Assembly: GCF_030684315.1 (NCBI RefSeq)
Contig: NC_081397.1
Coordinates: 4,464,001-4,528,000 of the forward strand
Source of the DNA: Stegostoma tigrinum
Taxonomy: Eukaryota
Length of the DNA stretch: 64,000 nt
Reading direction: 5' to 3'
Numbering within the stretch: the first letter of the stretch is position 1; every line of letters starts with the position of its first letter. The notes under the pieces are model-generated. The model was given only the letters and a program-made list of their open reading frames with translations, had not been told where the DNA came from and did no database searches. Both the position numbers and the translations under genes were made by a program. Positions 63,090 to 64,000 of this stretch are shown here, one piece after another.

Positions 63090-63295
63090 TTTGAGTGATT
63101 CAAATTAATTAATGTCTATGTCTCCAATCGGAACCAGGACAGGGACCCTTTGAGCCGGGCTCAGCTCTTTCCTGAGAGATATCGGTGTCTCTGACAGGAG
63201 CCTTTGGTTTCAGATGGTTACATGTTGCACCTATGGGTTCATTTCTTTTCTGCTTTCTTGGTCACTTTCACTATCGGCTTGGCCTTCACTTTAGT
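63090..63295 (-). pseudogene. Decayed histone H1 3' remnant (last codons, 3' UTR, broken stem-loop, HDE, flank)
   Basis: TTCATTTCTTTTCTGCTTTCTTGGTCACTTTC and CCGGGCTCAGCTCTTTCCTG match 33342-33373 and 33258-33277; the stem-loop is disrupted (GTCTCTGACAGGAGCC). Confidence 0.85.
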
Positions 63296-63729
63296 GAACC
63301 TTTCCAATGTTTTCAATTGTATTTGCTCCTCCTGCTCTGACCGTGAACATTACAAAATCAATCCCAGCGGAGATCAGCTGTTCTCCACGAAACATAGACA
63401 CACAGACCGTGCAGTTTCTCAGCATGGGGAGATGTAGCTAACCTCTAGTCAAGGTGAGTGTGTGCCTGGGCAGACTTTCCGAGAGGAGAAGGAACATTGA
63501 CTGCTTTGCTGTAATACAGGAGTATTGTTCTCAGGGTCAGTGCAACATGTCCAATTCTGTTCACTATCACTCACATTAATCGATACAATACCATAGAGAT
63601 TTGGGATTGTAGTGGGGATTGTTGTGATGGAACTTGCTGTTAGGGTGGATGGAGGCTATATCAAGTCTGATCAGTGTGTGAGTGTAAAACTGCATCACAG
63701 AGACATGCAGTAAGGCATCCTTTGACTTG

Positions 63730-64000
63730 GGCCTCAGCATCATTGTATCCTCCACTATCAACATCCTGAAAGCTACCATGAACCACAAACTGTACTGGAC
63801 TCACCCAATAAATGCAGTGGCAACAAGAGCAGGTCTAAGGCTATGGATACTGCAGCAAGTAACTTACCTCCTGATTTCTCAAACCTGTCCAAAATCTCCA
63901 ACATTTAAGTCATGTGTTAGTGCTGCTCCAACTGCACACGGCAAGCGAGATACTATCCATGAAAAAGCTGCTCCTGTTGAATTGGCACCACATTCACAAA
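63730..64000 (+). mobile_element. Degraded CR1/L2-group LINE fragment
   Basis: TINILKATMNHKLYWTHPINAVATRAGLRLWIL, typical LINE RT C-terminal region, same family as 5.3-6.4 kb. Confidence 0.65.

Overview
Eukaryotic (vertebrate) genomic DNA, almost certainly a cartilaginous fish; the HE1-like SINE, CR1 and Penelope repertoire, the 33-bp satellite and the GPR139-like receptor type point to a shark, but the species cannot be confirmed without a search. The window is the edge of a replication-dependent histone cluster. It has an intact H1 (minus, 33.3-34.0 kb), a block H2B(+), H2A(+), H3(-), H4(-) at 56.4-61.8 kb, all five genes with histone 3' stem-loops, and a decayed H1 3' remnant at 63.1-63.3 kb. 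The window opens in the 3' end of a class A GPCR. The rest is mostly CR1-type LINEs, Penelope-like elements (many with minimal hammerhead-ribozyme motifs), SINEs and two satellite families. Three structures are not explained by that list. (1) A mirror-image duplication spanning about 22.5-56 kb surrounds the H1 gene; each arm starts at a near-identical NRF1/CpG promoter with a 64-nt first exon and contains two copies of an ~82-nt exon-like module, which looks like two outward-facing spliced non-coding or micropeptide genes. (2) A decayed viral envelope/fusion-like gene lies at 7.1-8.3 kb. (3) Sequence scars suggest the intact H1 came from a histone unit whose H4 was deleted. Repeat boundaries and identity values were judged by eye and are approximate.
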